This document shows, one piece after another, positions 53,621 through 62,913 of a DNA stretch of 64,000 bases; the first letter of the stretch is position 1, and every line of letters begins with the position of its first letter. A program made the translations under genes and the position numbers. Source of the stretch: an uncultured Fibrobacteria bacterium (GTDB lineage Bacteria; Fibrobacterota; Fibrobacteria; UBA11236); assembly GCA_963716395.1 (NCBI GenBank), contig OY970309.1, forward strand, positions 2,368,001-2,432,000, in the 5' to 3' direction. The notes beneath the pieces are model-generated. The model was not told the DNA's origin. It saw only the letters and a program-made list of their open reading frames with translations, and did no database searches.

Positions 53621-55231
53621 GTGGTAAATTTACGAACAAAGAGGAGCCACCCGATTTCTAACCCCACATTTGATCTGTTCATCGTTGGCGGAGGCATCAA
53701 CGGCGCGGCTTTGGCCGATCTCGCCGCCGCGCAAGGCGTGTCGACGGCGCTGGCCGAAGCCGGCGACTTCGGCGCGGGCGCCAGTTCGAACACCTCGAAG
53801 CTGGTGCATGGCGGCTTGCGCTATCTCGAAACCGGTTCGCTCTCGCTGGTGCGCGACGCGGTGCGCGAACGCGCGCATCTACTCGCCCTGGCTCCGCATC
53901 TGGTGCGGCCGGAACGCTTTTTCTTTCCCCTGGGCGGGTTCGGCCGGCATGGCCGCTGGGCCGTGAAGGCCGGCCTCTGGCTGTACGACGCCTTGGCCGG
54001 CTCGCTGCGGCTGCGCCCGCACGGCTATGTCACGCCCGCGGAGTTCCGCGCGGCGGAACCGGGATTTCTGCCGGGGGAACGCGTGGCGGCTTACACCTAC
54101 AGCGATTGCGTCATGGACGACGCCCGCCTGACGCTCGAAACCGTGCTCGACGCCGAAGCTAAAGGCGCCCGGGTCTGGAATTACCGCCGGGTCACGGCGC
54201 TGGAGCCGGCCGACGGCGCCTGGGAGATCACGCTGGAAGATCGCTTCACCGGCCGCGAGACCGTGCTCACCGCGCGCCGCGTGGCCCTGGCCCTGGGGCC
54301 ATGGACCGATTCGGCCCTGCGCCAATGGCGGGGCGAAAGCGGCACGCGCGTGCGCCTGAGCCAGGGCTCGCATTTGCTGATCGAAGGCCTGCCCGCCGCA
54401 TCGTGCTTTCTGTTGCCCGTGCCCGGTAGCCGCCGGTATTTTTTTGTGATCCCCTTTCGCGGTTTGCATCTGGTGGGCACCACCGAAGTCGAATTACCCA
54501 CGGGCGCGGATCCCAACCGCGGCATCTCCCCGGAAGAGAAGGCGGAGCTTTTGGCCCTGGTGCGGCGTTATTTTCCGGGGGCCGCGCCGCAGGTACGCGC
54601 CACCTTCACCGGCGTGCGCCCCCTGGCCGGCGGGGGCGGCAGCACGGTGACCTTGAGCCGCGAGCACGTGTTCCACAAATTGCCAGACGGCCTGTACGCG
54701 GCCGTGGGCGGCAAATACACCACGCACCGCGTATTGGCCCGCGATTTTTTTTGTTTCATCTTCGGCCGCAAAAAGAAAGACGTGCCGCTTTCCGATCAGC
54801 CTTATCCGGGCGCCTACGGAGCCGGAGGGCCCGACGCCTTGCTGCAAAAGCTCGCGGCTGCGCCCAGCGGCCCGCCCGCGGCCTGGCCGCGCTGGGCCGT
54901 CACCTACGGGGCGCGCAGCTTGGAGTTGGCCGACTTCATTGCGGCACATCCGAGGTCGGGCCGCGCCTGGCCTGGCGAAGGCGGCTTCTGCGAGGGCGAG
55001 GTGCTTTTCTCCCGCGAACGCGAGCATTGCCGCACGGCCGTCGACTTCTTCCGCCGCCGCACGGGCGCCTATTTCTCGGCCGGCGCCGGCTTGGAAAACT
55101 TGGCCGCCGTGGAAAGCGTGCTGGCCCCAGCCGCTGCCGGAGCTTCCGCCGCCGCACCGGCGGCCTGGGGCGAAGAAACCGATTACCGCGCCTTTCTCCA
55201 ACGCCATGAGCATCGCGCCCTCGCCCCCTGA
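53621..55231 (+). CDS. glpD: FAD-dependent glycerol-3-phosphate dehydrogenase
   Basis: VGGGING, SSNTSKLVHGGLRYLE, DDARL, GVRPL, SREH, GGKYTT; start uncertain. Confidence 0.9.
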   Translation: MVNLRTKRSHPISNPTFDLFIVGGGINGAALADLAAAQGVSTALAEAGDFGAGASSNTSKLVHGGLRYLETGSLSLVRDAVRERAHLLALAPHLVRPERFFFPLGGFGRHGRWAVKAGLWLYDALAGSLRLRPHGYVTPAEFRAAEPGFLPGERVAAYTYSDCVMDDARLTLETVLDAEAKGARVWNYRRVTALEPADGAWEITLEDRFTGRETVLTARRVALALGPWTDSALRQWRGESGTRVRLSQGSHLLIEGLPAASCFLLPVPGSRRYFFVIPFRGLHLVGTTEVELPTGADPNRGISPEEKAELLALVRRYFPGAAPQVRATFTGVRPLAGGGGSTVTLSREHVFHKLPDGLYAAVGGKYTTHRVLARDFFCFIFGRKKKDVPLSDQPYPGAYGAGGPDALLQKLAAAPSGPPAAWPRWAVTYGARSLELADFIAAHPRSGRAWPGEGGFCEGEVLFSREREHCRTAVDFFRRRTGAYFSAGAGLENLAAVESVLAPAAAGASAAAPAAWGEETDYRAFLQRHEHRALAP

Positions 55232-55985
55232 GCCCTGGCGCATCGCCCACCGGGGGTATCATGCGCGTTGCGTCGAGAACACGCTGGAGGCGTTTGCATC
55301 GGCCTATGGGTTCGGCTGCGATTTGGTGGAGTTCGACGTGCAGCTCGCGGCCGACGGCGTGCCCGTGATTTTTCATGACGACGATTTGCGCCGCCTGGGG
55401 CGCCGTTCCGAAGCCGTCTGCGCATTGCCGGCGCGCGAACTCGGCCGGGTGGAATTGCGCGATCCCGCGACGCACGCCGTGGGCCGCATTCCCACGCTCG
55501 CCGAATTTCTGGCGGCTTTCGGATCGAATCCCTTTTATCTCGAGCTCAAGGTGCCGGCGCGCCAAGTGCGCACTCCCGAATATTGGCGCGACTTGACCGG
55601 CCGTGCGGTGGCGGCGCTGCGCGCCTTACCCCTGCATCCGCTGACCTTCGTGGCCAGCTTTCATCACAACGCGGCGCGCTACGCGCTGGCCGACCTGGAC
55701 TTCGCGCGCACCGCAGTCATCCATGCGCGCCGGGCCGACTGGTTGGCCGTGTGCAAGGCCGGCCCCGCCGACCCCCTGTCGCGGCGCCTGTTCGACTCGA
55801 TTCCCTTCGCCCTGCTGCGCCGGGCGCGGCCGGGGGCGGGCGGCGGACCGCCGTTGCTGGTTTGGGATGTGGCGGGCGACGCCGCCTGGCGCGCCGTGGC
55901 CGCGGCGGGCGTGGCCGGCGTGGTGTCGGACGAGGTAGCGGAAATGTTACGCCGGCTGGCGCCGGCGCCTCAGAACAAAGCGTAA
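55206..55985 (+). CDS. Glycerophosphodiester phosphodiesterase
   Basis: IAHRG, ENTLEAF, VEFDVQ, IFHD, IPTL, LELK. Confidence 0.9.
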   Translation: MSIAPSPPEPWRIAHRGYHARCVENTLEAFASAYGFGCDLVEFDVQLAADGVPVIFHDDDLRRLGRRSEAVCALPARELGRVELRDPATHAVGRIPTLAEFLAAFGSNPFYLELKVPARQVRTPEYWRDLTGRAVAALRALPLHPLTFVASFHHNAARYALADLDFARTAVIHARRADWLAVCKAGPADPLSRRLFDSIPFALLRRARPGAGGGPPLLVWDVAGDAAWRAVAAAGVAGVVSDEVAEMLRRLAPAPQNKA

Positions 55986-56968
55986 AACGAGCGGCGCAAA
56001 TCGAGCAGGCGCACGCGCGCGGCCAACGACACGGTGAGGGGCCCGCCCTGCGCGCAAAAGCCGGTGCGATCTTCGCCGTCGATTTGCACCGGCGTTCCCG
56101 GCGGCAGTTCCAGCGTCAGACTTTTGACCCGGTAACGCGGCAAGCCGCCGCGCAGCCAGCGCGCCAGCGGCGGGATCAGCCGTGATCCCCCGGTGACAAG
56201 GGTGTATTTCCACAGCGCGTCGAAGACGCTGACTTCCAGCCGCCCGTCGTCGAAGCGGTTCTCCGGAAACGGATGCGCGCCGGCCGCGTAGGAGTTGATG
56301 TTGGCCACCAGCACGGTGCGCCGTCCCTCCAGCTCCAACACTTTTTCACCCGTTTCGGTTTCGCAGCGCAGCCGCGCGCCGGCCGGCAAACGGTAGCGGG
56401 CGTGGGAGAGGAACGAGCCGACGTAATAGACGCGGTTGCCCAACGTGCCGCCGCGAATGCCGCCCCGCTTGCGCGCCTGGTCGAACGCGTGCAGTACCGC
56501 CGCGTCGAGGCCGGCGCTCAAATACGCCACCAAAGTGTTGTCGCCGCCCACGTCCCAGAGATCGAAGACGTGGCTGGGCGCCCGCAACAGGCGCTTCAAA
56601 CAGGCGATGAGGCCTTTGGCGTCGTAGACGCGGTAGATGCCGAGCGCGCGCGCCAGATCGTTGCCGGTGCCGAGGGGAATGAGGCCCACCGCCGTGTCGG
56701 GGCGCAGGCGCCGCGCCCGGTCGAGCACCGCGCCCAGCGTGCCGTCGCCGCCCACGGCGATGAGTTTGCGCGCCGCGCGCAACAGGCCGTCGATTTGCTC
56801 GGGGGCGCGTTGTGGATCGGTAAATTCCGCGGTCCAGATGCCGCGGTCCAGGTGAAAGCTGTCGAGCACTTCGCCCAGTTGGCGAAAGACCCGGCGGCCC
56901 ACCCCGTCGCCGGAAACCGGATTGATGAGGAAGGCCAATTCCAGCGCGGGCGTAGCTTCAGTGGGCAT
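55970..56968 (-). CDS. Diacylglycerol/lipid kinase family protein
   Basis: NPVSG, GGDGT, PLGTGNDLAR, DDGRLEV, QIDGE. Confidence 0.9.
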   Translation of the reverse strand: MPTEATPALELAFLINPVSGDGVGRRVFRQLGEVLDSFHLDRGIWTAEFTDPQRAPEQIDGLLRAARKLIAVGGDGTLGAVLDRARRLRPDTAVGLIPLGTGNDLARALGIYRVYDAKGLIACLKRLLRAPSHVFDLWDVGGDNTLVAYLSAGLDAAVLHAFDQARKRGGIRGGTLGNRVYYVGSFLSHARYRLPAGARLRCETETGEKVLELEGRRTVLVANINSYAAGAHPFPENRFDDGRLEVSVFDALWKYTLVTGGSRLIPPLARWLRGGLPRYRVKSLTLELPPGTPVQIDGEDRTGFCAQGGPLTVSLAARVRLLDLRRSFYALF

Positions 56969-57587
56969 AGAAGAACCGGTAGATGCGCGCCAGGAAAAAA
57001 TCCTTAAAGCGGCTGGCCCATTCGCGGCCGTGCCATTCGCTTTCGCCCGGTTCCACAGCCAGACCGTAGGCGGTGATGCCGAGCCGGTGGGCGATGTACA
57101 GGGCCCGCGGCAAATGATAGCGCTGGCTGACGAAGGCCACCCGATCGAACCCGAAAACCTCCTTGCAATGCACCATGGTTACGAAGGTGCTGCGGCCGTC
57201 GGGGTCGAGCAACACGTCCTGCACGGGAAAGCCGTGCTCCTTGGCGTAGTCGCGCATGGCCTTGGTTTCGCTGTACCCCTGCGGTATGTCGGTTCCCGAA
57301 AGCAGCAGCTTGACCCCCGTGCGCGCCCGCGCCAGCGCCATGGCCGCTTCCATGCGTTGCGCCAGCACCGGCGACAGGCGGCCTGAGCGGTGCACGCTGG
57401 CTCCGGGTACGATCACGGCCTGCACGGCCGGAATCGAGTCGGGCTGGGTGTAAATGTCCGGGGCGGCGGTAACTTCCATGTACACGCCGATGATCCAGGC
57501 TGAAGCGCCCAGCGCCACGGCCAGAAAGAGGAGGTTCGAAAACAGACCGGCGGAGCGCCGGGATGCTTTTGGCTGCGGAGGGTTCAT
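56958..57587 (-). CDS. SanA/ElyC/YdcF (DUF218) protein
   Basis: N-terminal TM; VPGA, LLLSG, YSETKAM, GRSTF, SQRYHLPRA, GRE. Confidence 0.88.
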   Translation of the reverse strand: MNPPQPKASRRSAGLFSNLLFLAVALGASAWIIGVYMEVTAAPDIYTQPDSIPAVQAVIVPGASVHRSGRLSPVLAQRMEAAMALARARTGVKLLLSGTDIPQGYSETKAMRDYAKEHGFPVQDVLLDPDGRSTFVTMVHCKEVFGFDRVAFVSQRYHLPRALYIAHRLGITAYGLAVEPGESEWHGREWASRFKDFFLARIYRFFYAH

Positions 57588-57645
57588 GCGGCATTTCTCC
57601 GGCTCCCGAAATTTATTGCGCCCCGGGAACCGCGGCGAAGGCGCC

Positions 57646-58161
57646 TCAGCGTCCGGGACCTTGGAGATATTGATTTTTGACGCCTACGTATTTCCAGGCC
57701 AAAGCCGGAATGGATTGCCGTTCGGCCGGGTCGAGCGGGCGCACCACTTTCGCGGGCCGACCCAGAATCAGCGAACCCGGAGGATATTCCTTGCCTTTGG
57801 GCAGCAGGCTGCCGGCGCCCACAATGCTGTCTTCGCCCACCACGGCGCCGTCCATCACGATGCTGCCCATGCCCACCAGCACGCGCGCGCCCACCGTGCA
57901 GGCATGCAGAATGCACCCATGCCCGACGCTGACATCGGCGCCGATGAGGGCCGGCCGGTCGCTGGCAATATGCACCGTGGTGAGGTCTTGAATGTTGGAT
58001 CGCGCGCCCACTTCAATGGCGTTGATGTCGCCGCGCAGCACGCAATGAAAAAAGACCGAAGCGTCGGGACCCAAGGTCACGCGGCCGATCACATCGGCAC
58101 TGGCGGCGACGAAGACGCCCGTGGCCAGAACCGGAACCTGGGTTTGATACGGGTGGAGCAC
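57646..58161 (-). CDS. Gamma carbonic anhydrase family protein
   Basis: VLRGD, SNIQD, three His ligands (TVH, VGH, ILH), hexapeptide repeats. Confidence 0.93.
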   Translation of the reverse strand: MLHPYQTQVPVLATGVFVAASADVIGRVTLGPDASVFFHCVLRGDINAIEVGARSNIQDLTTVHIASDRPALIGADVSVGHGCILHACTVGARVLVGMGSIVMDGAVVGEDSIVGAGSLLPKGKEYPPGSLILGRPAKVVRPLDPAERQSIPALAWKYVGVKNQYLQGPGR

Positions 58162-58180
58162 GGTTTCCGCTCCGCCCGGC

Positions 58181-58636
58181 CTAAGGGAACAACTGGGGGC
58201 GCAACTGGGAATAGGGCGGGTATTCCGCCAGCTCTTCGGCGCGGAACCAATAACGCACTTCGCGGTCCGCGCTTTCCGGAGAGTCCGAGGCGTGCACGAT
58301 GTTCTCGCCCATGCTGGGCGCGAAGTCGTGGCGGATGGTTCCGGGCAAGGCGTTTTTCGGATTGGTGGCGCCGTTCATCTGGCGCACCGCTTCGACGGCC
58401 TTCTCGCCCCGCAAGGCCAAAAGCACCACCGGACCCGAGGTCATGAAATTCACCAGCTCGGCGAAAAAGCCCTTGCCGCGATGCTCGGCGTAAAAGCCGT
58501 CGGCTTCTTCGCGGGTGATGCGGCGCAAATGCAGGCCGGCCACGGCCAGACGGGCCTTTTCATAACGCCCCACGATTTCGCCGATGAGGCCGCCGCGTAC
58601 GCCGTTGGGTTTGATGATGACCAAGGTGATTTCCAT
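58181..58636 (-). CDS. ndk: Nucleoside-diphosphate kinase
   Basis: TLVIIKP, FYAEH, TSGPV, GATNP, PGTIR, NIVHASDS. Confidence 0.96.
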   Translation of the reverse strand: MEITLVIIKPNGVRGGLIGEIVGRYEKARLAVAGLHLRRITREEADGFYAEHRGKGFFAELVNFMTSGPVVLLALRGEKAVEAVRQMNGATNPKNALPGTIRHDFAPSMGENIVHASDSPESADREVRYWFRAEELAEYPPYSQLRPQLFP

Positions 58637-58862
58637 GCCTGCCGCCGTGATTTGCTGAAAAAGTGGCCCATAAGATAATCTCCGGACGCGCCGGGGAACA
58701 AGCGCGCGGGACAAACCACGCCGTCTTACGCAGACGGAAGCCGGGAGACGGGCTGTCCTCGGCGGGTTGCGCGCAAGGCAATCGGCGATCGGGGTGGGAA
58801 AGAGGCGGCCTTCGCAGCCGGTTCCGGGAACAGGAAACCTGGTGGTCCAGCAAAGTTCAGTG

Positions 58863-58898
58863 ACCTATAGCGATAACCTATAGGTTACCGCTATAGGT
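58863..58898. repeat. 36-bp loopless palindrome with three CTATAG cores at 13-bp period
   Basis: ACCTATAGCGATAACCTA|TAGGTTACCGCTATAGGT; 17 of 18 pairs complementary. Confidence 0.92.
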
Positions 58899-59111
58899 TC
58901 TGTTACAGGTTATGCAAACAGGGAGATCGGGAGGCGGTTTATCCCGCGGGGCTTCCGCGCGGTCCGGCGTTCCCCACGCGTCATTTTGGGGGCGTCCGCC
59001 GACCCTTGCCAAATTGACTTCACAAGCCGAGGATGCGCCCGGTGGTGTCGAGCTAAATTGCTTTTCGAATTTCCGATTTTTCCTTTTTGATTAAAAGAAA
59101 GCGGGGATCGC

Positions 59112-60425
59112 GTGAATAGCGAAAAATCCGACGTCAAAGGATCCTTATCCGATTTATTGCATCTGGCGGAAAAGGTCGTGCACAAAGACAAAGAAACCGA
59201 TCTCGGCAAATTCATTGATTACAGTATTCCCGAGCCCAACAAAGAATTTCTCTACCGATTTCCCTGGAGTATTAATGATAATCCGGTAGGATGGGTCGAA
59301 GTCACCGACAAATGCAATATTTATTGCAAAGGCTGCTACCGCAATCGCATGGAGGGCCATAAAACCCTGGAGGCGATCCAAGCCGAAATCGATTTTATGC
59401 AAAAGTGGCGTAAAGTCGACACGATCTACCTGGCCGGCGGCGAGCCGCTGATCCATCCCGACATCGTCGCCATCGTGAAGTATATCACCGCGTTGAAGTT
59501 GAAGCCGACCATTATCTCCAACGGGCAGGCGCTGACCCAAGCCTTGCTGCACGATTTGAAAAAAGCGGGGTTGGCGGAAATCAGTTTTCATGTCGATTCC
59601 GGTCAAATCCGACAAGGCTGGACGGGGAAAGACGAAATCGAATTGACCCGCTTGCGGCAAAAGTTCGCCGACTTGCTCGCGCAAGCGGGCGGGGTGAAAT
59701 GCAATTTCAATATGACGGTTTCCAAGCGCAACGTCGAAGACGTTTCCAAAACGGTGCAATGGGTTCTCGACAACCGGGGGAAAGTCACCGGATTGACCAT
59801 CATCACCCTCCGGGGCGGCTTGCTGGGAGAAGGTGTCGAATTTATCGCCAATGGCGGTAAAATCGAACTTTCACATAAAGATCTGGGATATGTATCGAAA
59901 ACGGATATTCGTTCCTCTTACATCAAGACCCACGACGTCTATCGATTATTGAAAACGCATTTTAAACATTACGAGGCCGGCGCGTATTTGGGCGGAACCC
60001 AGGGGCACACTTCGGTCAAATGGCTGATCGGGGCCGCGTTATGCTCCGGCAACGAAATTGTCGGGTCGATTGGTCCGGCGGGGATGGAGTTTTTCCAGTC
60101 AGGCCATCATTGGTTCAAAGGAAATTATTCGGTGGGAGGCAAGGCTCCCATCGGGAGAACCGTGTTTTTATTGGCCTTGGTGGATAAGAATGTCAGAAAG
60201 GTCTTGTGGAAATTTATACTGCACCCCTGGATGTTTTTCAGAAAATTTTACGGTGTTTCCCTGGCCATCATCCAACCTCCCGACATCCTGGAAAACGGCA
60301 ATATCGAAATGTGTGATAGTTGCCCGGACCTGACTTTATATAAGGGCGAACTGGTCAATTCGTGCCGCCTCGATGAAGTGCGGTTGCATGGCAGTTTGAT
60401 CAGTCGGGTCGTTACCAAAAATTGA
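59112..60425 (+). CDS. Radical SAM protein of unknown function
   Basis: CNIYCKGC, GGEP, SNG; C-terminal MCDSCPD...NSCRLDE; visibly lower GC than upstream genes. Confidence 0.9.
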   Translation: MNSEKSDVKGSLSDLLHLAEKVVHKDKETDLGKFIDYSIPEPNKEFLYRFPWSINDNPVGWVEVTDKCNIYCKGCYRNRMEGHKTLEAIQAEIDFMQKWRKVDTIYLAGGEPLIHPDIVAIVKYITALKLKPTIISNGQALTQALLHDLKKAGLAEISFHVDSGQIRQGWTGKDEIELTRLRQKFADLLAQAGGVKCNFNMTVSKRNVEDVSKTVQWVLDNRGKVTGLTIITLRGGLLGEGVEFIANGGKIELSHKDLGYVSKTDIRSSYIKTHDVYRLLKTHFKHYEAGAYLGGTQGHTSVKWLIGAALCSGNEIVGSIGPAGMEFFQSGHHWFKGNYSVGGKAPIGRTVFLLALVDKNVRKVLWKFILHPWMFFRKFYGVSLAIIQPPDILENGNIEMCDSCPDLTLYKGELVNSCRLDEVRLHGSLISRVVTKN

Positions 60426-60547
60426 AACCAGCGCCGGGATTCGGAAAATTCCCCGGGATGGCCGGCCCGTTTGCGCGCGCGGAGACGGTTGGGTACGATT
60501 TGCCTCTCCGGTCAACCCTGGGAACGAAGGAGTAACTTTCACACACC

Positions 60548-61108
60548 ATGTCGCAGGCGATCGAGTTAATCCGATCCAAAATCCGGGCCATCCCCGATTT
60601 TCCCAAGCCGGGAATTCTCTTCCGGGATATCACGCCCGTCTGGCAGGACGGGCCGGCTTTCGACGCCTGCCTGGAAATTTTCCGGGAACATTATTCCCGC
60701 CAGGCGCCGCCCGATCCCCGCAGCGGTAGACAACGCGATTTGATCGTGGGCATCGAAAGCCGGGGATTCGTGGTCGGTTCCGCTTTCGCCGCGCGCAATT
60801 CCCTGGGTTTTGTCCCCATCCGGAAGAAAGGCAAGCTTCCCGCCGCCGTCGAATCGCATGAATATCAATTGGAATATGGCACCGATTGCGTGGAGATCCA
60901 TAAGGACTCGATGGAGGCCGGGCAACGGGTTTTCATCATGGACGATTTGCTCGCGACCGGCGGCACCATGCTGGCCGCCATCGAACTCCTGCGCAGAATC
61001 GGGGCGAAGGTCGTGGGCTGCGCCGTGGTCATCGATTTGCCGGCCTTGGGGGGAAGAAAGAAAATCGCAGCTGCCGGCTACGACGTGTTTTCCATCGTGG
61101 AGTATTGA
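60548..61108 (+). CDS. apt: Adenine phosphoribosyltransferase
   Basis: PDFPKPGILFRDIT, ESRGF, RKKGKLP, LEYG, DDLLATGGT. Confidence 0.96.
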   Translation: MSQAIELIRSKIRAIPDFPKPGILFRDITPVWQDGPAFDACLEIFREHYSRQAPPDPRSGRQRDLIVGIESRGFVVGSAFAARNSLGFVPIRKKGKLPAAVESHEYQLEYGTDCVEIHKDSMEAGQRVFIMDDLLATGGTMLAAIELLRRIGAKVVGCAVVIDLPALGGRKKIAAAGYDVFSIVEY

Positions 61109-61114
61109 CTTCGC

Positions 61115-61822
61115 ATGGCGCCATCGGTTGTTTGCATCCTCGGCGCCATGGAGGAGGAAATGCGCGAATTCTTCTCCCAGGCCGTCATCACGAACGTCGT
61201 GCGGCACCAAGCTTTTACCATACACGAAGGGACGCTGTTCGGAGTAGCGGCGGTCATGGTCAAATGCGGCGTCGGCAAGGTTTTCGCATCCTTGATCACC
61301 CAATCTTTGATCGACGCGTACCGGCCTTCCGCGATCATTTCCACCGGCGTCGCGGGTGCGCTGTCGGAAAATCTCCGGATCGGGGATGTGGTGGTGAGCC
61401 GGGATTGCGTTCAGCATGACATGGATGCGCGCGCGATCGGCTTCGAGCGGGGAAGAATTCCCTACACCGACTACCGCTTTTTTGCCGCGGATGAAAAACT
61501 GGTGCAACGCGCCCTGTCCTGCCGGCTGGAATCCGCCCGGCATCAAATCGTCGCCGGCCGTATTGTGACCGGTGATCAATTCATCGCCGGGGCCCGGGGC
61601 GAGGTTCTCCGGTATTTAACCGCAGAGCTGAACGGGGATGCCGTGGATATGGAAAGCGCGGCCATCGCCCAGGTCTGTTGCGTGAATGCCACCCCCTTTG
61701 TCTCCATCAGAACCCTGTCGGATAACGCCGATCACAGCGCCCATCTCGATTTCCATAAATTCCTTCCGCTGGTCGCGCAGAATTCCTTTCACATCGTAAA
61801 GCATCTCCTCTCCCCGCCTTGA
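61115..61822 (+). CDS. mtnN: MTA/SAH nucleosidase
   Basis: GAMEEE, GVGKV, GVAG, QHDMD, TGDQFI, DMESAA, RTLSDNA. Confidence 0.92.
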   Translation: MAPSVVCILGAMEEEMREFFSQAVITNVVRHQAFTIHEGTLFGVAAVMVKCGVGKVFASLITQSLIDAYRPSAIISTGVAGALSENLRIGDVVVSRDCVQHDMDARAIGFERGRIPYTDYRFFAADEKLVQRALSCRLESARHQIVAGRIVTGDQFIAGARGEVLRYLTAELNGDAVDMESAAIAQVCCVNATPFVSIRTLSDNADHSAHLDFHKFLPLVAQNSFHIVKHLLSPP

Positions 61823-61940
61823 GGCCGGCGGCGATTGCGGTTCCCGGTCAACCTGGGAGCGTGCTTTTCTTCCCCCCACGGGTCGGATACCCCTTCCGCC
61901 GGCAGTTCGCCGCAGGCGCAAGCCCGGTCCATTATATGCC

Positions 61941-61970
61941 TTGACGGGAATATGAAGTATCAAGTATATT
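61941..61970 (+). promoter_or_regulatory. Sigma-70 promoter with overlapping inverted repeat (probable ArsR operator)
   Basis: TTGACG-N18-TATATT; GGAATAT...ATATTCC; ATG follows 6 nt after the -10. Confidence 0.65.
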
Positions 61971-61976
61971 CCTGGC

Positions 61977-62309
61977 ATGGCATCCTCGTTTGCGATCCTG
62001 GCCGAGCCGAACCGCCGGACCATTCTGCGTCTGTTGGCGTCGTCGGAGCGATCCGTCGGCGAGATCGAGCGCCGTCTGCGCCTGCCGCAAACCTCCGTGT
62101 CCAAGCACCTGCGCGTGCTGCGCAACGCCGGCTTGGTCGAGGCGCGGATTGAAGCGCAGCGGCGGGTGTATCGGCTCCGGCCCGAACCGCTCCGCGAGAT
62201 CGACGCCTGGCTGGAGCCGTTCCGGCGCTTCTGGTCGGCGCGGGTCGATGCCCTGGAACGCCATCTCGATCGCATGGAAACGAATTCCCAGAAAGGCAAG
62301 AAACCATGA
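61977..62309 (+). CDS. ArsR/SmtB family regulator
   Basis: LAEPNRRTIL, SVSKHLRVL, QRRVYRL. Confidence 0.93.
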   Translation: MASSFAILAEPNRRTILRLLASSERSVGEIERRLRLPQTSVSKHLRVLRNAGLVEARIEAQRRVYRLRPEPLREIDAWLEPFRRFWSARVDALERHLDRMETNSQKGKKP

Positions 62310-62872
62310 GCCACCGCGAGCACTACGCGCCCGGACCCGCCGCCGGAGCCAGAATCGAAAAAGACGGGGAGAAATGGACGCTCGTTCTGGTCCGCGACCT
62401 GCGCCATCCTCCCGCCCAGGTGTGGGCGGCGCTCACCGATCCGGAGCAACTCCGCCAATGGGCCCCATTCGATTCCGACGCAGATCTCGGCAGTCTTGGC
62501 GTTGCCAAACTGACCACCGTCGGGGCGCCTGGGCCGCATGTCACCGAAGCCCGGGTGAAGCGGGCCGACGCGCCCAAGACGCTGGAATACAACTGGGGCG
62601 ACTTCGACATGCGCTGGGAACTGGAGCCGGCGGAGGGCGAGGGCACGCGCCTCACGCTATGGACCAACATCGATCGCCGCTATATCGCGATGGGCGCCGC
62701 GGGTTGGCAAATCTGCTTTGACGTGCTGGATCGGCTGCTGGCCGGCCGGCCCATCGGGCGCATCGTCGGCCCCGAAGCCATGAAGTTCGAGGGCTGGCAG
62801 CGATTGAACGCCGAATACTCGCAGCAGTTCGGCGTTGAGTTGCCCTCCTGGCCTGCGCGCCCGGGCGCCTGA
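62306..62872 (+). CDS. SRPBCC/AHSA1 domain protein
   Basis: VWAALTDP, GTRLTL, AAGW; ATGA overlap with ArsR. Confidence 0.9.
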   Translation: MSHREHYAPGPAAGARIEKDGEKWTLVLVRDLRHPPAQVWAALTDPEQLRQWAPFDSDADLGSLGVAKLTTVGAPGPHVTEARVKRADAPKTLEYNWGDFDMRWELEPAEGEGTRLTLWTNIDRRYIAMGAAGWQICFDVLDRLLAGRPIGRIVGPEAMKFEGWQRLNAEYSQQFGVELPSWPARPGA

Positions 62873-62913
62873 GCGGCGTCGGGCATTCGGGTTTTTCACA
62901 ACGGAGACCATTC

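Noticed and set aside
58640-58860. GC-rich ndk upstream region as a structured ncRNA
   Set aside because: No recognisable tRNA, SRP, tmRNA or riboswitch motif; a covariance-model search would be needed
58935-58980. Fragments resembling type I-E CRISPR repeats (GTTTATCCCGC, GTTCCCCACGCG)
   Set aside because: No repeated unit, no spacers, no cas genes
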